DNA from: Octopus sinensis
Taxonomy: Eukaryota
Direction: 5' to 3'
Assembly: GCF_006345805.1 (NCBI RefSeq)
Contig: NC_043012.1
Span: 16,058,001-16,122,000 of the forward strand
DNA: 64,000 nt
Position numbers and translations under genes: made by a program. Positions within the stretch are counted from its first letter, which is position 1; each line of letters begins with the position of its first letter. The notes under the pieces are model-generated. The model was not told where the DNA came from, did no database searches, and saw only the letters and a program-made list of their open reading frames with translations. Below are positions 39,842-53,687 of the stretch, piece after piece.

Positions 39842-40620
39842 AGAGAGAGAGAGTAAGAGAGATGAAGAGACAGACAGACAGTGAGACAGACAGGCAGACA
39901 TACAAAAAGAAAGTGTAGAGCGAGTGAAATACAGAGAAAGAGAGAGAGAGAGTCAGGAAAACAAAGAGAGAAATTGTAAAAGACAAACACCTGTGCAGTA
40001 GAATTAGTTTTCATAATATATTTTTCAATCTTAGGCAAGAAAACTGGTCAAATGTTTGCAACACACTGATAAATATTTTCTAGACTGTATAACAATAAGA
40101 ATTGTATCTTGAATTTGCCAACAAGCTCAGCGATCAAAAAACTTTAGAACGTATTGAACGCGAGATCAATGAAAAGCGTGTAGATTCAAAAGAAATGTAC
40201 GAATTATATATCATTTAATGGTGGGAACGACGCAAAAGAGCGTAAAGAATGTATAGTGAAGATAATCTGCATGTAAAGAAAGAATTTCTGCAGTTATTAC
40301 AAAATAGAAACAATATATTTTCTTTTGTAGCATGTATCTGTTTCCTTGGCATTATAGAAAAATATTAGCAAGCATCGCAGAGGATTAAGTACACAAAAAC
40401 ACAGATAATACGCACGTGCGCGCGCACACGCGCACACACGAACACACACACACACACACACGCACACATACATTATATACATTTAAGATCATTGGTACCA
40501 TACAGAAATCTTTCTACTCTACCAGTTATTTTTACATCATCCTCAAAAATCTCCATACACAGATGTGTATCTATCTATCCATCCATCTATCTATCTATCT
40601 ATCTATATATATATATATAT

Positions 40621-40683
<63 letters not shown>

Positions 40684-40886
40684 CTCATCTACTTATTTAG
40701 TATCTATCTATTTCTCAGTCTATTCCCAGTTTCTTCTGTAATGTTATCAAGTAGCTGAAGAACTTTATCCGAAAAGTAATATTTTTCTCATTCAATTTTG
40801 ACCGCCGTTACTCTAATAACAGAATACAAAATTCTCTAGTAGATGCGCTCTTGCATTGTATTTACTGATCAGGTTATATATACATA

Positions 40887-40917
<31 letters not shown>

Positions 40918-40928
40918 ATAATATATAT

Positions 40929-40988
<60 letters not shown>

Positions 40989-41165
40989 TAGACACGCACA
41001 AACATACATAAGTGTGGGTGGATAGATCGTAACGATCTCGGACGTGCATAGGTCAAGCGAGTGTATATTCTATTTTGATAGTAAGACACCTGAACGCACA
41101 AATGCATATATACATAATACATAATACATACACAAACGCATACACATATATACATATATACATGC

Positions 41166-41205
<40 letters not shown>

Positions 41206-42330
41206 AAAAGGAAAAGAACGATTTCCCTGGTAGTTCTAATCAAATTAAATTTTTACTAATATAAACTTAATATGATTGAAATGTTCATAAGATTCAATAA
41301 TATAAAAAAAATTGTGCATCATCTTGTTTAAATGCACAAAATCCAATATTGTTAGTAGGGATCGAGAAGAAATGTGGATCATCTAATTTTCGATCATACT
41401 GAGTTAAGAGGTGGAAAAAATAAGGGAGAAAAGAAGATAGTAATAAAAGGGTTTTCTTTACAGTTTCTGTGATTGTCTTTGCGTCGTGTGCGGGGACTTT
41501 CGCTTTTTGGAATCGTGAGCGGAGACTTTTTTGGAATCCGATGTATTTTAATTTTTTTCCGTGAAGGGATCTGATTTTTGAATGATATTTCATATTATTG
41601 AAACTTGTAAAAGTTGAAACTTTTAAACACGTTTCTCTAATTCATCATTAAAAATTTTTACCATCGATAAGCAAAAGATATTGTTGAAACTAGTTTGGTA
41701 TATATGTAAATGAAATTTAATTAAAAGCATTTACAAAAGTTAGGTGCATTTTCAACAACAAATTTTCATATTGGTTTTCCTGCATGGAAATACACCTCCC
41801 CTTTTGATATATATATATATATCTTCTGGTGTTCGTCTGGGGTGATTCATGTCGGATGGGTATGTTCATTATTTTTAGTGCTTTCAAATCCAAATTAAGA
41901 AATGTTGAGCTGACGAAAGAAATGTCGAGTTTTAATTCGGCTAATCTAGGAACGTGAGCGTTCTCAAATAATCTTTGTACATGTGATATTTTGTTGTTTT
42001 CCCTCCAGATCTACGTGAATTATTTTTGAGTAAGCACTATCAGGGAGATTCTTCTTAAAGTAGTAGAAATGTCTAAAGAAACTTTTTGGCTGCTATTTCT
42101 AAAAATTTCGGTATGTGGCAAAGTAAATTATTTTACTGAGCCCTTAATTATATAAAGTAATATTTTGAATACGCCTTGAATGGTCCTTTTACATACTGAA
42201 CACTACTTGGTGAAATCAATTAATAACTAATTGATTTTACCCTTAATTATTGATATATATATATATTATATATATATATTATATATATATATATATACAC
42301 GTGCACACACACACATATATAAACCCACAC

Positions 42331-42376
<46 letters not shown>

Positions 42377-42546
42377 TGAGATTGATCGCTAGATAAATAG
42401 ATAGATGGATAGTGAGAAATAGATAAATTGTGAAATAGATAAATTGTGAGAGAAAGAGAGAGTGAGAGACAGATAAATAGAGAGTGAGAGAGAGAAAGAG
42501 AGAGTGAGAGAGAGAGAGAGAAAGAGAGATACAGGTGTAGATATAT

Positions 42547-42785
42547 GTGAAGGGGTACTGCAAAGTTCTTGACTTTAAGGATATCACGAAAGACCTGATT
42601 GGAGGCCTAAACCAGAGTTATTTACAGGGCTTAGATAACCTGAAGGACCGCTGAGGGGGAAATATGTTGCATAAAATCATAATTCGCTGATCCTGCTGTA
42701 TTTTTCTTTGACCCAGAGCCAGAAACTCTTCAGTCACCGCTCGTATAATCGGGTACGCGGCCGCACGTACCCGATTATATACGCA
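42547..42785 (+). mobile_element. mariner-like terminal fragment
   Basis: tgaaggggtactgcaaagttcttgacttt resembles mariner TIRs; it follows TA repeats. Confidence 0.45.
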
Positions 42786-43101
42786 TACACAACACTGAAC
42801 CATACAGAAAATTGACACACACTCATACAGAAAAGTGCATGAAAATGATAAAATGCATAAAAATGAGAATAAGTTGGAATAAGTTCATCAATATAATTTG
42901 GTTGGCGTCGAAACACGCACACAAACAAATGCACAAACATATATGTGAAGAGACAGAGAGAGGGGGAGAGAGAGGGAGAGCAAGGGAGAGAGAGCGAGGG
43001 GGTATAAACTGAAACAGGAATATATCTATTAGTCTGTCTAACCACATTTATATCTTTATTTGTATGTGTATACGAATGTATGAATTTATATATATATATA
43101 C

Positions 43102-43158
<57 letters not shown>

Positions 43159-43300
43159 TATATTTACATGTATGTATATATACATACATATATACATACA
43201 TATGTATATATATATATATAGATATATATATTTACATGTATATATATACATATATATATTTACATGTATGTATATATATATACATATATATATTATATAC

Positions 43301-43337
<37 letters not shown>

Positions 43338-44420
43338 CATATATCTATATATATATACATATATCTATATCTATCTATCTATCTATCTATACATATATAC
43401 ATATATAAATATATAAATATATAAATATATAAATATATATATATATATATGTATGTATGAATATATATATACTTATATAGAAAAATATAAATGTGTGTGT
43501 GCAAATGGATTTATTAGTATGCATATATGTGTGCGTGTTTGTATGCACAGATGTGCGTCACGCGTGTTTGCGTGTGCATGCATGTATATTTGTGTCCGTG
43601 TGCAATGCATCCGTATATGAATGGATACACTTTGATAACCACATTAACTTCCTACTTCCATACAACTCATTATTTAACAATGAAGAAAAAAACTATTTCC
43701 TTTGAAAATAAATAATACAGGAATACCATGTATATTCCGAATAAGATTATTATAGAAAAAAATGATTCTTTCCGAAATATATTTGTGTGTGTACAAAGTG
43801 CTTAAACATCGCTTTTGTTTTCTCTTTTTTTTTCTTCTTTTTTTTTTTTTTGCATTACGCACTTTCTCTTAAGTAAAATAAAGCATAAAGTCTTACCTGA
43901 TGCGTTGATTAATATCACTTCTAGTGTTTATCTTCCTCGCATTTATACAAACTCGCTCATTGACGAGTTTGAGTGTGCATGCATGGATACAACTGTCTGT
44001 GTATAACCTGATAGTTTGCTTATGGTTGTCGTTACATATTGGTGCGTGTTGTTTTGCCCGTTAACTGCTGACAATAATATTGCGCTGATCAACTTATATT
44101 CGCGTCTTCTAACCGCGCAATGTATGAGCACGACGGAGAGGTAGAGGAAGAGACGGATAGCAGCAGAAGAGTTTGTGTTACGTAAATAGCATATGAAAAT
44201 GATGATGATGATGATGATGTTGATGATGAGGATGATTACGACAACGACCACGACTAATTCGATACTGATGATAATAATGATGATGTTACGCAGAGGTCGG
44301 TAATAATTGCTAATATCGGCCGTGTTGTGGACAACAGTGCAACTAGAGTAAAAGTTTAGCATAAATAAATACTTAAATGCATGCATACATACATGCATAC
44401 ATTCATACATACATACATAC

Positions 44421-44497
<77 letters not shown>

Positions 44498-44509
44498 TCC
44501 GTTCTGTTT

Positions 44510-44543
44510 GTCTATCTATCTTTCCATCTATCCATCTACCTAC

Positions 44544-44616
<73 letters not shown>

Positions 44617-44627
44617 CATCTACCTAC

Positions 44628-44664
<37 letters not shown>

Positions 44665-44724
44665 CATCTACCTACCTATCTATCTATCTATCTATCTATC
44701 CTATCTATCTATCCATCTACCTAC

Positions 44725-44761
<37 letters not shown>

Positions 44762-44812
44762 CATCTACCTACCTATCTATCTATCTATCTATCTATCTAT
44801 CCATCTACCTAC

Positions 44813-44843
<31 letters not shown>

Positions 44844-44883
44844 CCTATCTATCTATCTACTATCTATCTATCCATCTACCTAC

Positions 44884-44920
<37 letters not shown>

Positions 44921-44930
44921 CATCTACCTA

Positions 44931-44967
<37 letters not shown>

Positions 44968-44978
44968 CATCTACCTAC

Positions 44979-45015
<37 letters not shown>

Positions 45016-45066
45016 CATCTACCTACCTATCTATCTATCTATCTATCTATCTATCCATCTACCTAC

Positions 45067-45097
<31 letters not shown>

Positions 45098-45122
45098 CCT
45101 ATCTATCTATCTATCTATCTAC

Positions 45123-45197
<75 letters not shown>
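44510..45197 (+). repeat. Long (TATC)n microsatellite with recurring CATC-TACC-TACC variant blocks
   Basis: Directly visible. Confidence 0.95.
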
Positions 45198-45198
<1 letters not shown>

Positions 45199-46035
45199 GC
45201 ATTACTATAAGTGAATAAAGGGGCATATTATTCAATCAGTTCCATTTTTTAAACACGACAACGTATGTTGTCACTCCACATAATTAATTTGTGTGAGCGT
45301 TTGTGTATTTGTACATATTTATGTTTATATTGGCATCTATAACGACTCACATGTGTGTTTTGCATGTGTTAGTGTGTGTACAAGGGCGTGTAATTCGCGA
45401 ATATCCGTCGTGCGTGAACTGTATTTACATCGGCAACTAATGACTGTATATCATGTGTATGAACACACGTGCATCGTGAATGTGCGCGTAGTTTGCAATG
45501 TCTACGGAGTTAGTGTTGGGTGAATATGTCTGACGCTCTTTAACGAGATTAAGTGTTTTGCCTCTGTGTGTGTGTGTATGTTTTTGTGTATATCTATTTG
45601 CATGTGTTTATATGCAAGTGCGAGCGTATCTATATATGTGTATGTGTTTGCGTGTGTGTGTGTATTTGTTTGTGAATCGGTGCATGTGTCGTGTGTGTCT
45701 GCAAGATTTTTTTATTTATATATTTTTGTGTGTATGTATGTATCTGTGTACGTGTGTGTGTGTGTGTGGGTGTGTGTGTGCCTGTGTGCCTGTGTGCGTG
45801 TTTGTATGAGGAAGAGGCTTTCTGAATGTGTGTGTGTGTTTGCGTGTGTATGTGTTTGTATGAGGGATAGGTTTTCTGAATATTTTGGGGAAATTGTTCA
45901 TGTGTGTGAGTCTGTGCGTGTGTATGTGTGTGCGTGTGTGTGTTGGTATAAAAGTGTGTATCTTTATGCGCTCGTGTGTATGTTTCTGCATGTCCGTGTA
46001 TGGGTGTGCATCTATACCGCTGTTTGTATGCGTGT

Positions 46036-46081
<46 letters not shown>

Positions 46082-46559
46082 CGTATGTGTGACTGTGTGT
46101 ATGTATGTGCAATGCATAGTAATACTTCAATGGTGCTGTAATTTAGCAATAGTAAACAAGACAATACTAATATTTACTTCATTTGATTCGCAGTAAAGAG
46201 GGCGGTGATGATGTTCATGCCTTTCCCATAGGGATTAATAACATTAATAAATTGAAATACTTCCATCAATAAACTGCTTGCCTGTGAAACTTCATTAACT
46301 ATTGTGTTATCACTAATTCACAGTCGATACAATAATCACTAATAAATAATAATGATTCAATTAAGCTATACATACCAACAGCTGTAGATATCCTCCTGGG
46401 TGGCAGGGCACTTCAAAGGCAGTCGAGGTGTTTGCAGTTCATATCCTGTCAGTGGCTGTGCATTGTATTCATTGACAAGGTGGCTTTGATATACGAAGTC
46501 TACTTGTCTACAAGCAGGTATAGAAGCATAAACAATTCATTGTTGTGAGCAGCAGCATC

Positions 46560-46948
46560 GTGGAGGCGCAATAGCCCAATGGTTAGGGCAACGGACTCGC
46601 GATCGGAGGATCGCGGTTTCGATTCCCAGACTGGGCGTTGTGTGTGTTTATTTTAGCGAAAACGCCTAAAGCTCCACGAGGCTCCGGCAGCGGGTGGTGG
46701 CGACCCCTGTTGTACTCTTTCGCTCCAACTTTCTCTCACTCTTTTTTTCTGTTTCTTGTCCCCGACTTCCTACGCAACCGCTGAGCCTGGATGCGCATTC
46801 ATCGATCCGTCGATGCTCTCTGTGTCCGGGCTTGATCTGCTTTCTCTTCTGCGGGTCTTACGAATAGCAAAGGACCACGTTTCGCACTTCTCCCATCTTG
46901 CGAGCTCTGGGACGAGGAAAGTTCGCTCAACAGCAACAGCAGCAGCAA
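46560..46948 (+). mobile_element. tRNA-derived SINE type B, tail variant 3
   Basis: Head and body match 7948-8132 (reverse complement). Unique tail ending in (CAG/CAA)n; agcagcagca on both flanks. Confidence 0.8.
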
Positions 46949-47496
46949 AATCGTTTCTAAATGCGTCTGTGAATCGTTGGTTCCATAGTTCGATTTGCCT
47001 TTTAAGAAGTTTATTTATCGCTCGCCAATTATAAGTATTACATTTTTAGATTCGGTTAATGATTACAGGTCGGGGATCCGTATGAAGAAATGTATTAAAA
47101 ATAAACTCTTTATACAGGCTTACATGGCTGACGTATCATGTGTTAATTGAAAGGCTTTCATGACTAATCAAGATGTATTGCATGCAGGAGTGTGTTGTAC
47201 TATTTTAGGGATCATAAGAGAGTGTTTACGAATGTTATTCGTTCGATTTCCCATAGAGTGCATCTAATGATAATTAAATCCTTTCTGTGGCGTCTACTGA
47301 ATTTTGAAAATAGAATGTATCTTAATGCAAAACTGACTATAATAATTCAATGCGTATATACATTATTTCAGGACCACTTTATGTATGTATACAAACACAG
47401 GAATGTACACACATACATACTCACATGTGTAATCCATTCAGTTGTTCCGGGTCCGCTACTAAGTAAAACCCTCAACACACCTCATACATACACACA

Positions 47497-47542
<46 letters not shown>

Positions 47543-47571
47543 ACACACACACACACATATATATATATATA

Positions 47572-47768
47572 AAATCGTTATTTTATTTTTAGATTAACGA
47601 TCGTATCCTTATTTATATAAATTTAGATTTATTTCGTCACTGTATTTACTTCGGCGATATTTTGACCATATCTCACATGGAATTAAACGGCGGACATTTT
47701 GAACTGGCCATGATGCATACGTGCATATATATGTGGGTATACGTTCAAATATGTAAGTATTAGTATGT

Positions 47769-47832
<64 letters not shown>

Positions 47833-48135
47833 CATTTATATTTCTCGCTTGTGTGTATTCTACTGACGAGGCAAAGCATTCCTAAATGCAACGTCAGAAA
47901 TCCGGGATCTAGAATTAACCAGTAAATTTTTACTAGTTTCATCTTGTCTCTCCGTGTTGATATATAGACAATTATGGTGGTTTTAGAGTCAGATCATGGC
48001 TTCTGTTTTCAGCATGGTGGTATATCGTAGATACCCTAATTTATAATTTTAATAATTATTACCTTTGAAGGTTACTTTTTCCATGCTGACCACTTGATCA
48101 AATCGTTATTTTATTTTTAGATTAACGATTTTATC

Positions 48136-48136
<1 letters not shown>
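47572..48136 (+). mobile_element. Non-coding HHR unit with ~35 bp terminal direct repeat
   Basis: aaatcgttattttatttttagattaacgat at 47572 and 48100; bounded by (TA)n on both sides. Confidence 0.7.
47857..47915 (+). ncRNA. Type I hammerhead ribozyme motif
   Basis: attcta CTGACGA ggc..gcatt ccta aatgc..gtc a GAAA tcc g gga T C tagaat. Helix I 6 bp, helix III with a 1 nt loop, AUC site. Confidence 0.82.
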
Positions 48137-48166
<30 letters not shown>

Positions 48167-48306
48167 TGATAAAACGGTAAGATAACAAAAGAAAGAAAGA
48201 GACCTCAATATTATGTAAATAGAGAAAATTTATCTATACAATAATATGTTACATTACTCGGTAGTCAAGATAAAACTCTGAGTTTACGCCCCCTTACTCA
48301 CCCGAG

Positions 48307-48939
48307 GTGGCCTTCAATATAGGTAAATATTTCCTAGCACTGATAGATGGACATTTTCCAGTTAACCATACTTATAGGAAACTCTTCAATAGACACAATT
48401 TAAAAATTAGTTTTAGTTCAACTACCAATTTTAAAAACATAATCAAACATAACATACAAAAAACACAAGAAGAAAACAGCTGTTCATGCAGGAATAAAGA
48501 ATTGTGCCCGCTAAATGGAGCTTGCATGTCCAAGACCATCATATATGAAGCTACCGTAAACCCTATGACCACTAAAGACACCGTTTCGACGAAGAAATAC
48601 GTGGGCCTTACAGAGGGTAATTTCAAGGCCAGGTTCAATAACCACACTTTGAGCTTTAGGCACTGGAACAAAAGAAAAGCGACACAATTATCTGATCATA
48701 TTTGGTCTTTAAGAGATAAAGGTGTCGATTATAACATACAATGGAAGATTTTGGCCAGATGTAAGCCCTATACCAACGGCAGCGGAAGGTGCGGTCTATG
48801 CGACATGGAGAGATGGCTTATCTGGAAAAGCAGCTTAGACCCTACTACATGTCTAAATACAAGGACAGAGCTTTTCGGATCATGCCCACATGTGACTAAA
48901 TTTCTGTTACATTTTTGGTCCCCTAAAGAAAACAGATAG
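48307..48939 (+). CDS. PLE C-terminal linker plus GIY-YIG endonuclease (5'-truncated, open frame)
   Basis: NIGKYFL..HFP..FNR, CSCRNKELC (CxCx5C), IIYEATV..YVGLTE..FKARFNNH, CGLC..E, LNTRTEL..CPH. Confidence 0.8.
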   Translation: MAFNIGKYFLALIDGHFPVNHTYRKLFNRHNLKISFSSTTNFKNIIKHNIQKTQEENSCSCRNKELCPLNGACMSKTIIYEATVNPMTTKDTVSTKKYVGLTEGNFKARFNNHTLSFRHWNKRKATQLSDHIWSLRDKGVDYNIQWKILARCKPYTNGSGRCGLCDMERWLIWKSSLDPTTCLNTRTELFGSCPHVTKFLLHFWSPKENR

Positions 48940-49131
48940 AACATGCTTTCTATGTTATGTCCGAAGAAGAATTTATATATTTTTATATATTTTTATATAT
49001 TTTTTATGTATTTTTATATAATTTTTATGACGAAAAATGCGAGCGATGTATTAGTACGCAGGCAAGCAGAGTTATAACACAGTAATTTCCCTTTATTTAA
49101 CGGTATTTTTTCATAGCGTTTTCAAATAGCC

Positions 49132-49194
49132 AGATAACCGAAGATATGGTGTTGTGGATTTCCACTTCGGCATCTGAAACTCAGAGTTTTATCT
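49132..49194 (+). ncRNA. Family F hammerhead motif with mutated core (CCGAAGA)
   Basis: agataa CCGAAGA tatg..gtgg attt ccac..catc t GAAA ctc a gag T T ttatct. Confidence 0.55.
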
Positions 49195-49219
49195 TGACTA
49201 CCGAGTAATGTAACATATT

Positions 49220-49279
<60 letters not shown>

Positions 49280-49301
49280 CATACATACATACATACATAC
49301 A

Positions 49302-49398
<97 letters not shown>

Positions 49399-50207
49399 TA
49401 GTTGTCTACTCCTAGTGCAGAGTTTGACCACCTCCTGGACCTACACCTTAGAACCGTCATGGCATCAGATGTCGATTTTTAAATCAGACAATGTTCTGAA
49501 AAAACAGCCACATATATTGCACATCCGATTTAACCACCAAGAGCTGAAGATAAGTTCTGATCTTTGTGGATTTTAAAATGTCTTTTGAGGCCTCCATTAA
49601 ATTTGCAAACCTTCTGGTGTACACTGCATTCAAAGTCGTGCACAGACATATAGGCAGAATGTATGTATGTTTATATATACGCTATTTAATGTATGTATGC
49701 ATGTATGTATTTACGTATGTAAATATGCACTTATGTATGCTTACATGTATGTGTGGGTATGTTGATATGTCTTATCACTTTTGTTAGCATTTAGCAATCT
49801 GCCGATATATATATATACCAGTTATCAACAGCAATTTTCTGCACATGCATGCATATCCTTTATTGCACACCAGCATGCTGCTTCCTCTCTTTCTTTTAGA
49901 CACTCATATCTCATTGTGCGTCAGTACAATTGCATTCACACACGTGCATACAACGGCAACCTTTATATCCAATCCAAAGTCAATGCCTTATTAGAACGCG
50001 TTCTATTGCGTTATTCGTCTAGAGTGATTGTCTCATACAGATACAAGCTGATAAGAGCACAAACATATATCGTTAGCAGACGAGAACCGTCTGGAATGAG
50101 CACCAGAACTGCCAGGTCAGCGTATTGTGATTTCTCAATGATAAGTGTACGCTGAAATCACGTTGTTTCGCAATTCCGGAGCCGACGCCAGACGGTTCCG
50201 TAACTAA

Positions 50208-50287
<80 letters not shown>

Positions 50288-50348
50288 CCCTTCTCCCTCA
50301 CCTTACCCTCTCTCTGTATATATATATATATACACATATAAAGAAAGG

Positions 50349-50386
<38 letters not shown>

Positions 50387-51379
50387 GTTGTGCAATATGG
50401 CCAACATTTGTGGCAAAGCAAACAATTTTGACAGGAAATAAAGAATTTAGTAGTCTCTCGTTTGTTTGAGCTGTTTGCGCTTCTCTTATAATACTTCTAT
50501 AAAAGTATATATTTTAAAAAAATTATGCAAATAGTTGCCTCATTAATTCCTCCATTTATTGATGGGATTTCTCTCATTAACTTAAGCACACACATTGCCT
50601 TGTCTACTAATATTTACTGTACAATATATGACAGTTATTAATAAAATGTAAACAATGAACATTTTCAATATAAGCAATTGATTTATAGCAATAATTAGCG
50701 ATGTATGGTTTGCTTGTCAAATGTTACTTTAAAACTAATAAGAATGTTTAAAATTTGAAGTATTGTTATGGACGAGGAGCTGTTTTACATCTGATTGATG
50801 AGTTTATTATTCTCTTACTGGATGGCAAAGTGACCTATGCCAGTAATGGAATAGGTTATTTTTCTATGACGTACACTTAGACCTCTTCCACATTTTATGT
50901 GTGAACCTGCCAACGATTTAAATGCTAGTGTGGTATTTTATTTTATCGACTCGGGAAGGATGAAATGCAAAGATAATCTCAGCGAAATTTGAACACAGAA
51001 CTGAATGAGCCGAAAGAAATACTGTAAGGTATTTTAATCGACTCTCTAATAATTCTGTCAATATACCTTCCAAATCATTACAATTCGAATTTAGAAATTT
51101 ATCCCTTACACAATCAGGACCTTGCCGGATATAATCCACCGTAGTGCTTATATCCTTTTCAGTTCTGAGTTTTAACCCACTGTCTTTCACATTTCTGAGA
51201 TCAGTAAAATAAATGACAGCTTAAGTACTGAAGGCGATTAAATGAACTATATCTCATTCATTTTATTGTCTTGTATAAAAGCTGAAGGTTAGTATGGTTA
51301 GTGTCAGTGATTTCTGGTAAAGTTATTAACCCTATTGAGAAAAGCTCTTCTAATCTTTGGAAACATGTAAAACATTATA

Positions 51380-52316
51380 TACGAGGTATGTTCAAAAGAT
51401 ATCCAACTTCTTTTCCCTTCAAAACTGATGCTGCGTAGGCAATATCCTTTAAGTGGGAGGAAACATCACCTTTCTTGTGCATGTTTGAAAATTTTCGCGC
51501 CAGTAGGCCAAATCAATTTCCGGCTGTTACACATAGAGTTCATATGTGTGGTGCGCGGTCGTCGGAATTTCTTTTTACTCACAAGATGACCTGAACACTT
51601 TGAGTTGAGATGTTGCATCACGCTTTGCCAAAAGCATGGTGATACGCAAGCTCAAATAATCTAGGTTCAGCAGTCCTTTGGCGATGATGCCAAGGGGAAA
51701 AACTCGGATCAGAGCGGTACAACCGCTTCAAACATGGTTGAACCTTAGTGGAAATCGAGACACGCTCATTCGGAGCATCCACAAGCCGAAACTAGGAACC
51801 AATTGAGAAGGTTCTGCGAATAGTCATGAAAGACCTTTGTGTAATCGAGCAGGAAATTATTCTCAAACTGAAAATAAGCAAACGATTACTGCACTCCATT
51901 TTAACGGAGGATTTGTGCATGAGGAATGTCGGCCAAAAAATAAAGTTGGATACTTTTGAACGCAACTCGTAATCTAAACTTCCCTGGTCAAGAACAACAC
52001 ACCACTTGTTCAACAGGCTCCCTACTCTCCCGACATGGTACCATGTTATTTTTGTATTTTTCTCAAACTGAAGCTATCCTGAAGGGGAAGCGATTTGCGC
52101 CGCGAGAGGAAATTATGAGAAAAGCAACAACGGACGCCATTGCATTCCAGAGAAGGCGTTTCAGACGTGTTACTAGCAGTGGCAGACCCGATGGGAGAAG
52201 TGTGGAAACTTGCAACGGGAGTATTTTGAAGGTGATTAAATAACATTTGTGAACCCTACAAAATTGTTTTGTTTTGTTATGTCCAAACTTCGGGTACTTT
52301 TTGAACGCAACTTGTA
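51380..52316 (+). mobile_element. mariner transposon remnant with three TIR copies
   Basis: TIR at 51382-51409 and inverted copies at 51943-51969 and 52286-52314. Transposase remnants include PYSPDMVPC and LKGKRF. Confidence 0.8.
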
Positions 52317-53365
52317 TATTCAAAATGGTGGTAACTAGTAACGCAAACAAAATGGGTGAAGACAACGAAAGTTTGAGTGGCAATCATCCAAAACCATGAA
52401 AAAATACATTAGAAATAATGACAGTTATATATCAACTAATAATGTTAATGGAAAGGATAAAAACGGCAAGAATCTTTGGCAGCAACACAACGGTAACAGC
52501 GACACCTTTACAAACCATCGAAGCAACGCCTGCATTGTCGCTTGTCGTCCTAGAGCTTAGAAGGCAAATGTCATTGAAATCATATACAACCGTTATATGA
52601 AACGGTAATGGTCACAATTAAATTTTCTTGAAGTGGAATGCTTGCAACTCGAATACATAGATTTGATTGATTAGAACTAACCAGGGACTAAAACACAACA
52701 GCAACAACAACAACAACAACAACAGCAAGGAAGCCTATTACAGCAACCACAGAGCCAAAATAAATCGTTTCAATCAAGAAGAGTGTCAATAGCTCAAATA
52801 AATTAAACGCTTCATATAAAACCAACAAAAGAAGCAAACACAAAATGAAGCAGTGTAAGAGTAACTACACACAGCAGGAAGTACAGGGCAAGATCATCGA
52901 GAAATTAAAAGCAAAATAGTGTAACCTATCATTTCTTAACAATGATGATTGTTTTACATGAATAAAAGTTAGCCCGTGTATAAAACTAGCAGGTTACGAA
53001 GAAAATATGTAAGTAACAAGAGATAGAAAATCTATTTCGTTTAAACGCCTGAAAAGTATGAAAGTGGTCTAAGCAACTAAGCGGGATAGAAGGGGGAGAT
53101 ATTAGCCACTATTTCGTTGAGCCGTCTGAGTTGATCAAAGTTTTTCAACGAAATATGTAACATATTGCATATTCGACAGCCTGTTGTATTTAGTGTGCAG
53201 AATATTATCCGAAACTATTTTCCATTTGTCATTTATTTAATATTCTTAATCAGCGTCATAACATTCCCTATATTTCAATCTTTCTTTTCTGTCTTTTGAT
53301 ACACAAACAGAGACAGAGAGAACGACACACAAATACAAACGCACACACACACATATATCTATCTA

Positions 53366-53404
<39 letters not shown>

Positions 53405-53562
53405 GTAAAGTTTACGAAAATAAACAAAAGACGAAGGCGGGTGGAGTACAAACAAACAAATGTATTAGTATAACGCTCAGGAATAGAATATATATATATG
53501 TACGATGTATGTATATATGTATATATGTATATATGTATATATATATATACATATATATATTA

Positions 53563-53596
<34 letters not shown>

Positions 53597-53601
53597 GTAT
53601 G

Positions 53602-53671
<70 letters not shown>

Positions 53672-53687
53672 ATATATATATATGTAT

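Larger units (their letters stand above)
48168..49225 (+). mobile_element. 5'-truncated Hydra-like Penelope element with inverted 5' pseudo-LTR
   Basis: 48235-48285 is the reverse complement of 49177-49225. GIY-YIG ORF inside; family F HHR at 49132-49194; inserted in (TA)n. Confidence 0.85.

Noticed and set aside
46560-46630. tRNA genes at SINE heads (also 8060-8132 and 8475-8540)
   Set aside because: They continue into SINE bodies and lack a proper acceptor stem and terminator; tRNA-derived only.
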